NCBI GenBank assembly: GCA_025451045.1
Contig: JANWLD010000001.1
Coordinates: 69,812 to 133,811 of the forward strand
Length of the DNA: 64,000 bases
Direction: 5' to 3'
Origin: Candidatus Saccharimonadales bacterium
GTDB lineage: Bacteria > Patescibacteriota > Saccharimonadia > Saccharimonadales > 2-12-FULL-41-12
The notes below the pieces were generated by a model that saw only the letters and a list, made by a program, of their open reading frames with translations, was not told where the DNA came from and searched no databases. Made by a program: the position numbers and the translations under genes. The number at the start of each line of letters is the position of its first letter. The stretch's first letter is position 1. Positions 35,191 through 43,535 of this stretch are shown piece by piece.

Positions 35191-35622
35191 TTATGTAGTG
35201 CCAGTGGCTTTGGCAAGGACGAATTTAACGATGAATTGCGCTAACGCGACGATTACCAAACCGATGATAGCATAGAGAATGGTGTTTTTGGCAGTAGTTA
35301 TGTTGGATGATTCGCCGCCAGAGGTAATGTAGCGAAACCCGCCGTAGATTATCATGATGACTGAAACCACGCCGACTACTACTGAAAACAGGTTGATGAC
35401 TGTAGCTACCGTGTTATTGGCTTGTTCGCCTGAATTTTTAGTTACGGTGTTACAAGTTTGGGCATTAACTGGAGTGTCTAAGTCCAGGCTTGCCCCTTTA
35501 CAGGTTGCGTTTTGAATATCCGCATCCTTGTTTTGGGCCATAACAACCGCCGATGTCCCGGCAAATGTTAACAGCAAAGCTGCGCTGGTAGCGGCGATTA
35601 GTCTTTTTATTTTACCTATCAT
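35191..35622 (-). CDS. TrbC/VirB2-like T4SS pilin (7 of 9)
   Basis: IIYGGFRYITSGGE...AKNTILYAIIGL. Confidence 0.88.
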   Translation of the reverse strand: MIGKIKRLIAATSAALLLTFAGTSAVVMAQNKDADIQNATCKGASLDLDTPVNAQTCNTVTKNSGEQANNTVATVINLFSVVVGVVSVIMIIYGGFRYITSGGESSNITTAKNTILYAIIGLVIVALAQFIVKFVLAKATGTT

Positions 35623-35662
35623 TTTTATTCCTTTCGCTTGATAGCTCGTTCTCTATCCTTAT

Positions 35663-36115
35663 TTATCCTGTACCGGTGGCTTTGGCAAGGACGAATTTAA
35701 CGATGAATTGCGCTAACGCTACAATTACTAATCCTACAATAGCATATAATATGGTGTTTTTGGCAGTCGAGACGTTGCCGGAATCACCGCCGGAGGTGAT
35801 GTAGCGGAAACCGCCGACGATAATCATCAATACCGCTACTACGCCGACGATTACCGAAAACAGATTAACAACGGTTGCGACCAGCTGATTTATTTTTTCT
35901 TCCGGTTTGTTGCCGGAAAAGGCGCAGGCATCTTCATTTACCGGCCCCGGCGGGAAAGTCAATTCGGCACCCTGACAGGTCGAAGCCTGGATATTGGCAG
36001 TCTTGTCAGCTTCCGCCGAAGCCGGCCGGCCGGAAATTGCAAAGATGGCTAGTATTATAATACTAGCCATAAGCGTTACAATAACCTTCAGTTTTAGTCC
36101 TTGTGTTACTCCCAT
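35663..36115 (-). CDS. TrbC/VirB2-like T4SS pilin (6 of 9)
   Basis: IIVGGFRYITSGGD...AKNTILYAIVGL. Confidence 0.88.
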   Translation of the reverse strand: MGVTQGLKLKVIVTLMASIIILAIFAISGRPASAEADKTANIQASTCQGAELTFPPGPVNEDACAFSGNKPEEKINQLVATVVNLFSVIVGVVAVLMIIVGGFRYITSGGDSGNVSTAKNTILYAIVGLVIVALAQFIVKFVLAKATGTG

Positions 36116-36129
36116 GTAACTACCCCGTG

Positions 36130-36549
36130 TTAGCCTATCCTCTCTAGGATTAATTTTACGATAGCTTGGGCGAAACCGACTATAATCAACCCGACCAGTG
36201 CGTATATCAAAGTATTCTTGGCCGATGTTATGCTGTTGCTGTCGCCATTGGCAGTTACAAAACGAATGCCGCTGATCATCAACATAACGACGGTCAGTAT
36301 GCCGACTATCATAGTAAGTAAGTTAAGTAGGGTGGTAAGTGTTTTGGTAAGGCTATTTTCACCTTCTTTTAGCTTGCTTTGGTCACAATGTCCGCTTCCA
36401 TTATCAGCCTCCACGGCCACGCAGGCTTCTCCTTTGGCGCCGCTGAACAAACTGGCGCTGGCTGTCGCCGTAAACATCGGAACCATCAGGCCAAGTGATA
36501 TTGCCAAGGTAAGGGCGGTCTTTTTAATCCAAGAGTTGAGAGCTTGCAT
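36130..36549 (-). CDS. TrbC/VirB2-like T4SS pilin (5 of 9)
   Basis: ISGIRFVTANGD...AKNTLIYALVGL. Confidence 0.87.
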   Translation of the reverse strand: MQALNSWIKKTALTLAISLGLMVPMFTATASASLFSGAKGEACVAVEADNGSGHCDQSKLKEGENSLTKTLTTLLNLLTMIVGILTVVMLMISGIRFVTANGDSNSITSAKNTLIYALVGLIIVGFAQAIVKLILERIG

Positions 36550-36576
36550 GATGATTATCCTTGGTTCATATTATCA

Positions 36577-36972
36577 CTAATTTACCGTGATTCTCGATAA
36601 TATCAGCCTTACCATTGCCTGCGTCAGTGCCGCTACGACTAAGGCAATGAGGGCATATTGGATATATTCGCGGGCTTTGGTAACTTCTTCCGGGTTATTC
36701 CCCGAGCTGACAAACTTCGCCCCGGCCAAAATGATACTGATTACCGCCGCGATGCCGACCATGATACTGATTATATTGACTATCTTGGTAATAAACCCGT
36801 CCGGCCCGTAAATCGGGTTTTGGCCGCCCAGGTTTTTATCCTCGCAGGCGGAAGACTGCTGGTTGTTCCTTTGGCATATATCGCCGAAAACGTCGACATC
36901 AGCGGCAATAGCTGAAGCCGGCAAAGATATAATGCCGAGGCAAAACAGGCTTACTAATATTTTTCTTATCAT
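36577..36972 (-). CDS. TrbC/VirB2-like T4SS pilin (4 of 9)
   Basis: ILAGAKFVSSGNNPE...AREYIQYALIAL. Confidence 0.85.
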   Translation of the reverse strand: MIRKILVSLFCLGIISLPASAIAADVDVFGDICQRNNQQSSACEDKNLGGQNPIYGPDGFITKIVNIISIMVGIAAVISIILAGAKFVSSGNNPEEVTKAREYIQYALIALVVAALTQAMVRLILSRITVN

Positions 36973-37478
36973 AATTTTCCTATTACTGTAGTTACGATTG
37001 CTTCGGCCAACAGTGCAATGGCCAGTCCGAGAAGGGCAAAAACAATGGCTTTTTTGGAACGGGATATTTTTTCGGCGTCGGTAGCGGCTGTCGCGAAATT
37101 AAAAGCCGCGATGCCCAGAGAAATCATCGCCACGCCAGCGGCGACTCCGAAAACAATTTGCAAGCCTTTTTTGACAGTACTGGTGTCCGCGACAACTTTG
37201 GGCAGGGTAGTAAGACATTGTTTATCCGGGTTAAATACTTTGCCGCTGCCGCAATTACCGCTTTCGGTAACCTTGGTACAAGTTAGGGTATCATGGCCGC
37301 TTTTCAACAAGGCGGCCGAACAGTCGTCAAAAGCGGCGGCTCCAGCCCCGGAGTGCTGTGGGGTTTTCTGCTTGTTATTCGCGGCTGATACATGCGCCGG
37401 CTGGGCTAAGCTTAAGATTGTCATGGCCGGCAAGAGCAGCAGAATAATTTTTGTTATAGGTATAGTTTTAAAAATCAT
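36969..37478 (-). CDS. TrbC/VirB2-like T4SS pilin (3 of 9)
   Basis: Four Cys in N-domain; AAFNFATAATDAEK..RSKKAIVFALLGL. Confidence 0.8.
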   Translation of the reverse strand: MIFKTIPITKIILLLLPAMTILSLAQPAHVSAANNKQKTPQHSGAGAAAFDDCSAALLKSGHDTLTCTKVTESGNCGSGKVFNPDKQCLTTLPKVVADTSTVKKGLQIVFGVAAGVAMISLGIAAFNFATAATDAEKISRSKKAIVFALLGLAIALLAEAIVTTVIGKL

Positions 37479-37834
37479 TGCAGGCTCTTTCCTACGAAAC
37501 TTACGGCCGCCGTTGCCACAATAGCTATTATCAAACCGGTCAGTGCATCTATCAAGGTACTTTTGGCATTATTAACCTTATCAGCATTACCACGCGAGGC
37601 GCTATATTTGATACCGGCGTAAACTACGAAACCAATGGCCGCGTAGACGGCCACGCGAGTCAGTATTTCTATCAATGCCAACCCGATAAGCCATATATCG
37701 CTGATGCTATGTAGCTGCGGGGCGCACTGGTTGGCTACCTGTACATCCAAGTATTCATACCATGGGGGCATACCCAAAAAACCTTTAAGACATGGATTTA
37801 CTGCCGCAAAAAGATCTAAAAAGACTAATACCAT
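37475..37834 (-). CDS. TrbC/VirB2-like T4SS pilin (2 of 9)
   Basis: FLGMPPWYEYL; VYAGIKYSASRGNADK...AKSTLIDALTGL. Confidence 0.85.
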   Translation of the reverse strand: MVLVFLDLFAAVNPCLKGFLGMPPWYEYLDVQVANQCAPQLHSISDIWLIGLALIEILTRVAVYAAIGFVVYAGIKYSASRGNADKVNNAKSTLIDALTGLIIAIVATAAVSFVGKSLQ

Positions 37835-37847
37835 AATTTATATCCGC

Positions 37848-38495
37848 TCATGTGTTAAACAACCCTCCCGGGATTAAGAATTGGAGCAATGACCAGGAAA
37901 AGATATAAATAGCCAAGCCGATAAGCGCTTGCTGGGCGCGCAGTTTTGCTTTTTGCGACGATTCCGGGTTGCCTTCGGCCGTAGTGTATTGGATACCGGC
38001 AATAATTAATGAAAGGGTAACAGCGATACCAACCCCGACTGAAAAGAATCTGATTAACGCGAATACTAAGTCCTGTATCGGGCCCATCCCGGCAGGTGCT
38101 TTGGAACCTAAACAGCCGAAGTTTATCTTGGTCCTGACGTTATCATTGTCATCAGGCAAGTTTCCGCATTGGTAGCCATCTTTTGTTTTCGCCGCGGATT
38201 TTTTCTTGCCGCTAATCTGTTTAGCACTCCCTATTTGTGGCAATGACTGAGCCAAGGCATTGCCTATAGCATTCGCGCGGCATCTTTTAATTTTGTCGCT
38301 GGAGCCGTTCCCGCAATTGTCATAGTCTTTTTTACAAGCGGCGGGGTTTTTCGCATTATTACACTGGTCCCTGGATGGGCTTAGAAGACCGGGAGAAATA
38401 GGAAAAGTTTCAGCCTTAACAGTTTGCGGAACAACTAAAAAAACAAATAATAGCAAGGGGGTAGCTAAGAATATTTTTGCTTTTAAAGTTAACAT
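37848..38495 (-). CDS. TrbC/VirB2-like T4SS pilin with extended Cys-rich domain (1 of 9)
   Basis: Six Cys; IAGIQYTTAEGNPE..QKAK.R..QALIGL. Confidence 0.85.
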   Translation of the reverse strand: MLTLKAKIFLATPLLLFVFLVVPQTVKAETFPISPGLLSPSRDQCNNAKNPAACKKDYDNCGNGSSDKIKRCRANAIGNALAQSLPQIGSAKQISGKKKSAAKTKDGYQCGNLPDDNDNVRTKINFGCLGSKAPAGMGPIQDLVFALIRFFSVGVGIAVTLSLIIAGIQYTTAEGNPESSQKAKLRAQQALIGLAIYIFSWSLLQFLIPGGLFNT

Positions 38496-38665
38496 AGGCT
38501 ATTTGTTTTATGCTTAACAAGTTTAAGTATGCCCTTATTTAAGACGTTTAGCAAGTAACCGTTAGCCTCCATGCTTTAAGGGTTGTCGACTTTTATACAT
38601 AAGTGTTTTATTATTAATTAAAGAAGAGTAATGCTCTTTCGAGTTTTTATATCCAAACAAAAGAA

Positions 38666-39586
38666 ATGCTCAAAAAAATAACAAAAAAACCGTTCTTGTT
38701 TCTTTCAATACTGGTAATCTTTGCCTCATTTATATTGGCTGCCTTTCCACAGCAGAAGATCCAGGCCGCAACAACTAACAATATTTTAAAGCAGGTCGGG
38801 CTTTATTGTCATGACCTAGAAGATACTGTTGATGTAGTCGGTCCCAAAAATGCTGAGATAACTTGTTCTTCTGCAGAAAATGACCTACAAGGTGCTCTTG
38901 ACTGTCCCGACTTGTTTTATACCCATGCGTTCCCGGATGACCCCCATGACAGTAGCATAACTAAGACTCTGTGGTTCACTAAGGAAGGCGCGTATAAAAC
39001 TTGCTACAACAATGCCTTGGCCCAATACAATGCCTTGGCCGGAACAAAATGTAAACAGATGAGACGCGATCGGGACAACTGGAATGAGTGTGAAGACATT
39101 CAGAGCAACCTGTACTTTTCCCTGGGCTGTAACGATCATATGTTCAAAGACTTGAACAATGGCTATTGGGGATACGACGATACGAAACTCAATGACTGTA
39201 AAAGAAGACTTGACGACGTCGGCAATATCCACATTATGATAATTGTTAACAACCAAGTTGTTAAAAGCCCTAACGCCATCAAAAATGGTGCCGTTCAGTC
39301 CGAAGAAGATGCCAATGCTGCTGGTGACAGTGAAGGGACAAGCAGCTGTGGTGGCGGAATTAATCTGGGGTGGATTATCTGTGGTATAACTGAAGTGGTT
39401 CAGAACTTCGGCGAATGGGTTTTTCAAGATTATATACAGCCGATGATGGAAAATAATCCGGTCAGCGCAAAACCCGGCGATCCTTTCTATCAAGCTTGGC
39501 AGGGCTTTAGATTTTTGGCTAATATTCTGCTTATCGGTTCACTATTGGCTATTGTTTACTCTCAGACCAGGGGAGGGGGCAGTTAG
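38666..39586 (+). CDS. Secreted Cys-rich protein corresponding to the N-terminal part of a VirB6/TrbL-like T4SS protein
   Basis: Signal peptide; C...LGWIIC; ends AWQGFRFLAN...SQTRGGGS, in frame with next ORF. Confidence 0.7.
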   Translation: MLKKITKKPFLFLSILVIFASFILAAFPQQKIQAATTNNILKQVGLYCHDLEDTVDVVGPKNAEITCSSAENDLQGALDCPDLFYTHAFPDDPHDSSITKTLWFTKEGAYKTCYNNALAQYNALAGTKCKQMRRDRDNWNECEDIQSNLYFSLGCNDHMFKDLNNGYWGYDDTKLNDCKRRLDDVGNIHIMIIVNNQVVKSPNAIKNGAVQSEEDANAAGDSEGTSSCGGGINLGWIICGITEVVQNFGEWVFQDYIQPMMENNPVSAKPGDPFYQAWQGFRFLANILLIGSLLAIVYSQTRGGGS

Positions 39587-41614
39587 ATGAACCTTGATGC
39601 CTATATGATTCGCAAAATCGCCCCGCGGCTGTTTTTTGCCGTAATCGGCATTAATCTGTCGATTTATCTTTGCGTCGGAGCCATAGACATAACTACAGTG
39701 GCTGGACACGGTATTGGACAACTTATCCGCGGGCCGTTTGATGCCGCTGGCGTGTTGAACGCTCAACCTGATGCCGGCGGTAGTAATATCGGCGGAGGGG
39801 CTTTGTTAGTCTTGGGTGCATTGTTCGGGGTACCGGCATTCGCTGGAGGCCAAGCTTTGTCAACTATGTTCTTCCTGCTTTTGCCAGTCTTTGTATTGAT
39901 TCTAACTACTTTACTTACCGTTGCTCTTAGGCAAGCTTTGTTAGTTCTTTTGACCATGGTAGCGCCGGCTGCCATTGTGCTATCCGTTCTGCCGGGAACT
40001 GAGAAATATTTCAAACAGTGGTGGGACTTGTTCCTAAAAACGCTGATGGTCTACCCGATGATTGCCGCAATTTTTGCTGTGTCAGATGTCCTGACAGCAA
40101 TTAATTATAACAACTCGCATGCTGGTAATGACCCGAATGCTGCAGTGCAAGTTATAAACGGGTTGATATTTGCTTTTTTGCCCTTAGCTCTTATTCCGTT
40201 CGTTTTCCGGTTCGCCGGCGGGGCACTGGGCGCATTTTCCAATGCATCACGCCAAGCTCAAAGTATGGCTAACCGCCTGAGCGGACAACGCTTGCAAGGT
40301 AATTACAGTCAGGGGCTTGAGCATGTAAGAGCTAGTGGGCTTATTGGGAATTACGACAGAGATCCGGAAACCGGGGCTGGAAGGGGTTTGCGACACCGTA
40401 TAAACCGGGGTGCCGCTAAGATAGCCAACTTAAACCAAATGAGGCTTACCCGCCCAAGACAAAGCCTAAACGATGCCGTGGACAGGGCTACCGCCCAAGC
40501 CGCTACTGAGCAAGTGGGCAAAAGCCCTGAAGCGATGGCGTTGGACGGTTTTGACGATGAACACAAGGCTAATGCGCTTTCTAATGGTACGGCAGCTGAT
40601 ATTGACCGTAAGCTCATTCAAGTAGCAGGTCAGCGATTTAATGACCAGGCGCCGGATTTGAGTAGCGCGGAAAGAGCGGAGCGGCGTAAGAACCGGATTG
40701 GAGCCCGCAACCGAATAATGGACCTGAACAAAGTCCGCGGGGCTGACGCCGGACGAGCATTCTCGGCAATGACCTTGCCAAGTATATCCACTGCTTTTGA
40801 TGAACAGGTTTACAAATATAAGACCAATAGTTCAGGCGGGTTAATACCCGATGGAAGGGGTGGTTATGCCCTTTCCGATGAAATCTGGCAAGACGGGGAT
40901 GGAGACCATCTTAAAAGCGATACCGTGGCTAAATCATCTCATGATCAGATGCAAGAAATGATCCACAAGGTCTCCGGCGGCAGGAGGGGACTTGGCAACG
41001 CTATACTTGTCAAAGGCATACAAGGGGCCAAGCAAGCCGGGCGTTTTGATTTGGCCGCCAGTGCTTCGGCCAACTTGCTGTACCAGGAAGCATTGCGCAG
41101 TGGCGATAAAAATGCTATCGAAGACTCTAAGAAGCGTTACGAAGAAATGATACGAGAGCGTATCACACCGGGCCAAGCCGCACAGGGACACCCCCGAGCC
41201 GCCAGAGAAGTTGCCAGAGCCTGGAAAAACGAAATCAACGCGCTTATGGGAGCCGGAGCTACGGCAGATAAATCGCAATGGGACCCGAAGAAGGATAGTG
41301 TTCAGCAAATGGAAAACAATAAGAAACTTATCAGGCTTCTGGCTGACACTGCCGGATTTCAGGAAGTATTGGGCAGTGCCGGATCAGAGGCTGTAGATGC
41401 ATTCCAGGATAATATGCTCGGCTATAAACCTGAGGGAGCTAATGTGACTATCGGGCAAATGATGGAACATGCCCGTAAGACCGCCGATTTCGCCGAACGG
41501 CGGCGCGAATGGGGCACTGAAGCCGAAGGACACGAGGCTTCGGAACGAGCCGCACAGATCGCAAAGATGCAAGAAGAAGCTCAAAAAGCTCAACAATCAG
41601 GACAAGGTCAATAA
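39587..41614 (+). CDS. VirB6/TrbL-like polytopic membrane protein with long cytoplasmic tail
   Basis: Y.IRK..PRL...I.INLS, RQALL.LL...AP.A.....LPGTEKYFKQWW..F..TL..YP. Confidence 0.78.
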   Translation: MNLDAYMIRKIAPRLFFAVIGINLSIYLCVGAIDITTVAGHGIGQLIRGPFDAAGVLNAQPDAGGSNIGGGALLVLGALFGVPAFAGGQALSTMFFLLLPVFVLILTTLLTVALRQALLVLLTMVAPAAIVLSVLPGTEKYFKQWWDLFLKTLMVYPMIAAIFAVSDVLTAINYNNSHAGNDPNAAVQVINGLIFAFLPLALIPFVFRFAGGALGAFSNASRQAQSMANRLSGQRLQGNYSQGLEHVRASGLIGNYDRDPETGAGRGLRHRINRGAAKIANLNQMRLTRPRQSLNDAVDRATAQAATEQVGKSPEAMALDGFDDEHKANALSNGTAADIDRKLIQVAGQRFNDQAPDLSSAERAERRKNRIGARNRIMDLNKVRGADAGRAFSAMTLPSISTAFDEQVYKYKTNSSGGLIPDGRGGYALSDEIWQDGDGDHLKSDTVAKSSHDQMQEMIHKVSGGRRGLGNAILVKGIQGAKQAGRFDLAASASANLLYQEALRSGDKNAIEDSKKRYEEMIRERITPGQAAQGHPRAAREVARAWKNEINALMGAGATADKSQWDPKKDSVQQMENNKKLIRLLADTAGFQEVLGSAGSEAVDAFQDNMLGYKPEGANVTIGQMMEHARKTADFAERRREWGTEAEGHEASERAAQIAKMQEEAQKAQQSGQGQ

Positions 41615-41628
41615 ATTAAAGTAATGAT

Positions 41629-42624
41629 ATGGCAAGTTATAAAGTAATCCAAGACATTGAAGCGGAAGACAAATTTGTCGGGCCGCTGTCACTAAAACAG
41701 TTTGTTTTTGCGATGGTCGGCGCGCTTTTTGCTTATTTGTCATTTTTTGTCATCACTAAAGGGTTAATGTTGGGACTGGCAGTGACTTTACCCCCGATGT
41801 TTTTCGGCTTTTTTATGGCATTCCCTTGGAGCAGTGAACAGCCAACCGATATCTGGGTACTGGCCAAGATAAGATTTCGGATAAAGCCAAAGAGGCGCAT
41901 CTGGGACCAAGCCGGACGGCAGGAACTGGTAACTATAACTGCGCCAAAAAAAGAAGAAAAGCCTCGTGGTAACGGATTATCTGGCACGGAGGTAAAAAGC
42001 CGGCTCAAGGCTTTAGCTGAAACACTTGATAGCCGTGGGTGGGTTATTAAAAACGCCACTTTGCCCAACTACAACAGCAAGCCGGCTGACAGCAGTCGTT
42101 TGGTTGAGTTATCCCAATCAATTTCGGACTCCGCTAGTTTTACGGCCGCCATCCCAGATATGATGGAAGAAGGCCGCAACCTGGACGAAATGATCCAAAA
42201 AAGTGATGATGCCCGTACATTTGAAATCATTGATAAAATGGACAGGGCAAGAGCCGGCGAGCCGCTGGAATCTATTAGCCAACCTGAGCCGGTTGTAGCC
42301 CCTCCTGTTGAAAACATTACGAGCGAGAACACGCTTAGCGAAATGTTGCGAAATCAAAAGCGTGCTGGAGATATAGGCCGAAGCAACCTGCGCACTATTC
42401 CTGCCGCTCCATCCCCCGCTGTTCCGACTGATACCAGTCTTGATGATAGACAAAACGAACCAACAACAGAGGTAAAAAAAGCACAAGCGTCTGTGACAGA
42501 ACAGACTAGCCCTGATATACTTGAACTAGCCCATAATAATGCTTTGAAAGTGGCTACCATTGCGAGGCGAGCGAACAGCGACACCGATGATGAAAGCAAA
42601 GAAGTCGTAATTTCGCTTCATTAA
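41629..42624 (+). CDS. PrgI-family (VirB3-like) protein with long C-terminal extension
   Basis: YKVIQDIEAEDKFVGPLSLKQF, two TMs. Confidence 0.85.
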   Translation: MASYKVIQDIEAEDKFVGPLSLKQFVFAMVGALFAYLSFFVITKGLMLGLAVTLPPMFFGFFMAFPWSSEQPTDIWVLAKIRFRIKPKRRIWDQAGRQELVTITAPKKEEKPRGNGLSGTEVKSRLKALAETLDSRGWVIKNATLPNYNSKPADSSRLVELSQSISDSASFTAAIPDMMEEGRNLDEMIQKSDDARTFEIIDKMDRARAGEPLESISQPEPVVAPPVENITSENTLSEMLRNQKRAGDIGRSNLRTIPAAPSPAVPTDTSLDDRQNEPTTEVKKAQASVTEQTSPDILELAHNNALKVATIARRANSDTDDESKEVVISLH

Positions 42625-42662
42625 AGCCCATCAAACATCAAAAGAAAAAGGGTGGCAAAGAC

Positions 42663-43535
42663 ATGAATCCTTCTCAGCCAGATAACGTACAGCCGAACAT
42701 AAACCTGCTGAAGCCTAAAAGGGTGGCTCCGGTCACACAGCCTCAGCAAGCTCCTGTTCAAGATGCTCCAAAGAAAAAACCGGACGCACAACCAAAGCCG
42801 CATGTAAACGCCAACAGTACCCAGAACACCCTGCATATTGCCGAAATTCGCGACGGCATAGTGATTATGAATGATGGTTCGTTCCGTTCGGTTGTGATGT
42901 TCAAGTCCATCAACTTTGACCTGATGAGTCCGGCCGAACAGGAGTCAGTGGAGTCTGCATACCAAAGTTTTCTAAATTCTCTTTATTTTCCTATCCAGAT
43001 ATTTATCCGCTCCGAAATGGTCGACATGCAACCCTATATTGAAAAATTGCAAAAAATCCAGACTGAACAGGACAATATGTTGCTGGCCATATTGATGGAT
43101 GATTATTTGGACTATATCAGCCAGTTGGCAGAACAGACCAATATCATGGATAAGCATTTTTACGTAGTAATCCCGTTTTTGCCCGCTGAAGCCAAGCAAA
43201 AACCGCTGACCTCCAGCAAAAATATTCTTGACGGGCTAGTCGGTCTTTTTAGCAAGAACCAGACGCATGTGGTCATCAATGAGGCTAAACTGGAAGATGC
43301 CAAGACAGAACTGCGTACACGGGTGCACTCAGTGCTTGACGGCTTGAGCCAATGCGGCGTGAAAGGAATCCCGCTGGATACCCAAGAGCTTATCGAACTT
43401 TATTATGACGCTTACAACCCAGACACGGCGACCCGTCAGGAACTGGTTGATTTCAATGGCCTTACTACACCGGTGGTAACCAAGGGCGAAGGACAGGCCC
43501 CCCAGCCGGCTTTGGACAAGGAGCTTGAAACCTGA
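42663..43535 (+). CDS. T4SS protein resembling a VirB4/TraC N-terminal domain
   Basis: STQ..L.I.EIRDG, SINFDLMS..EQ......Y..FLNSL.FPIQI, FYVVIP, TQELIEL.Y..YNP. Confidence 0.8.
   Translation: MNPSQPDNVQPNINLLKPKRVAPVTQPQQAPVQDAPKKKPDAQPKPHVNANSTQNTLHIAEIRDGIVIMNDGSFRSVVMFKSINFDLMSPAEQESVESAYQSFLNSLYFPIQIFIRSEMVDMQPYIEKLQKIQTEQDNMLLAILMDDYLDYISQLAEQTNIMDKHFYVVIPFLPAEAKQKPLTSSKNILDGLVGLFSKNQTHVVINEAKLEDAKTELRTRVHSVLDGLSQCGVKGIPLDTQELIELYYDAYNPDTATRQELVDFNGLTTPVVTKGEGQAPQPALDKELET

Noticed and set aside
34282..36115. CRISPR array or diversity-generating retroelement in the pilin repeats
   Set aside because: Repeats are coding paralogous segments with irregular spacing; no cas or reverse transcriptase gene in the window
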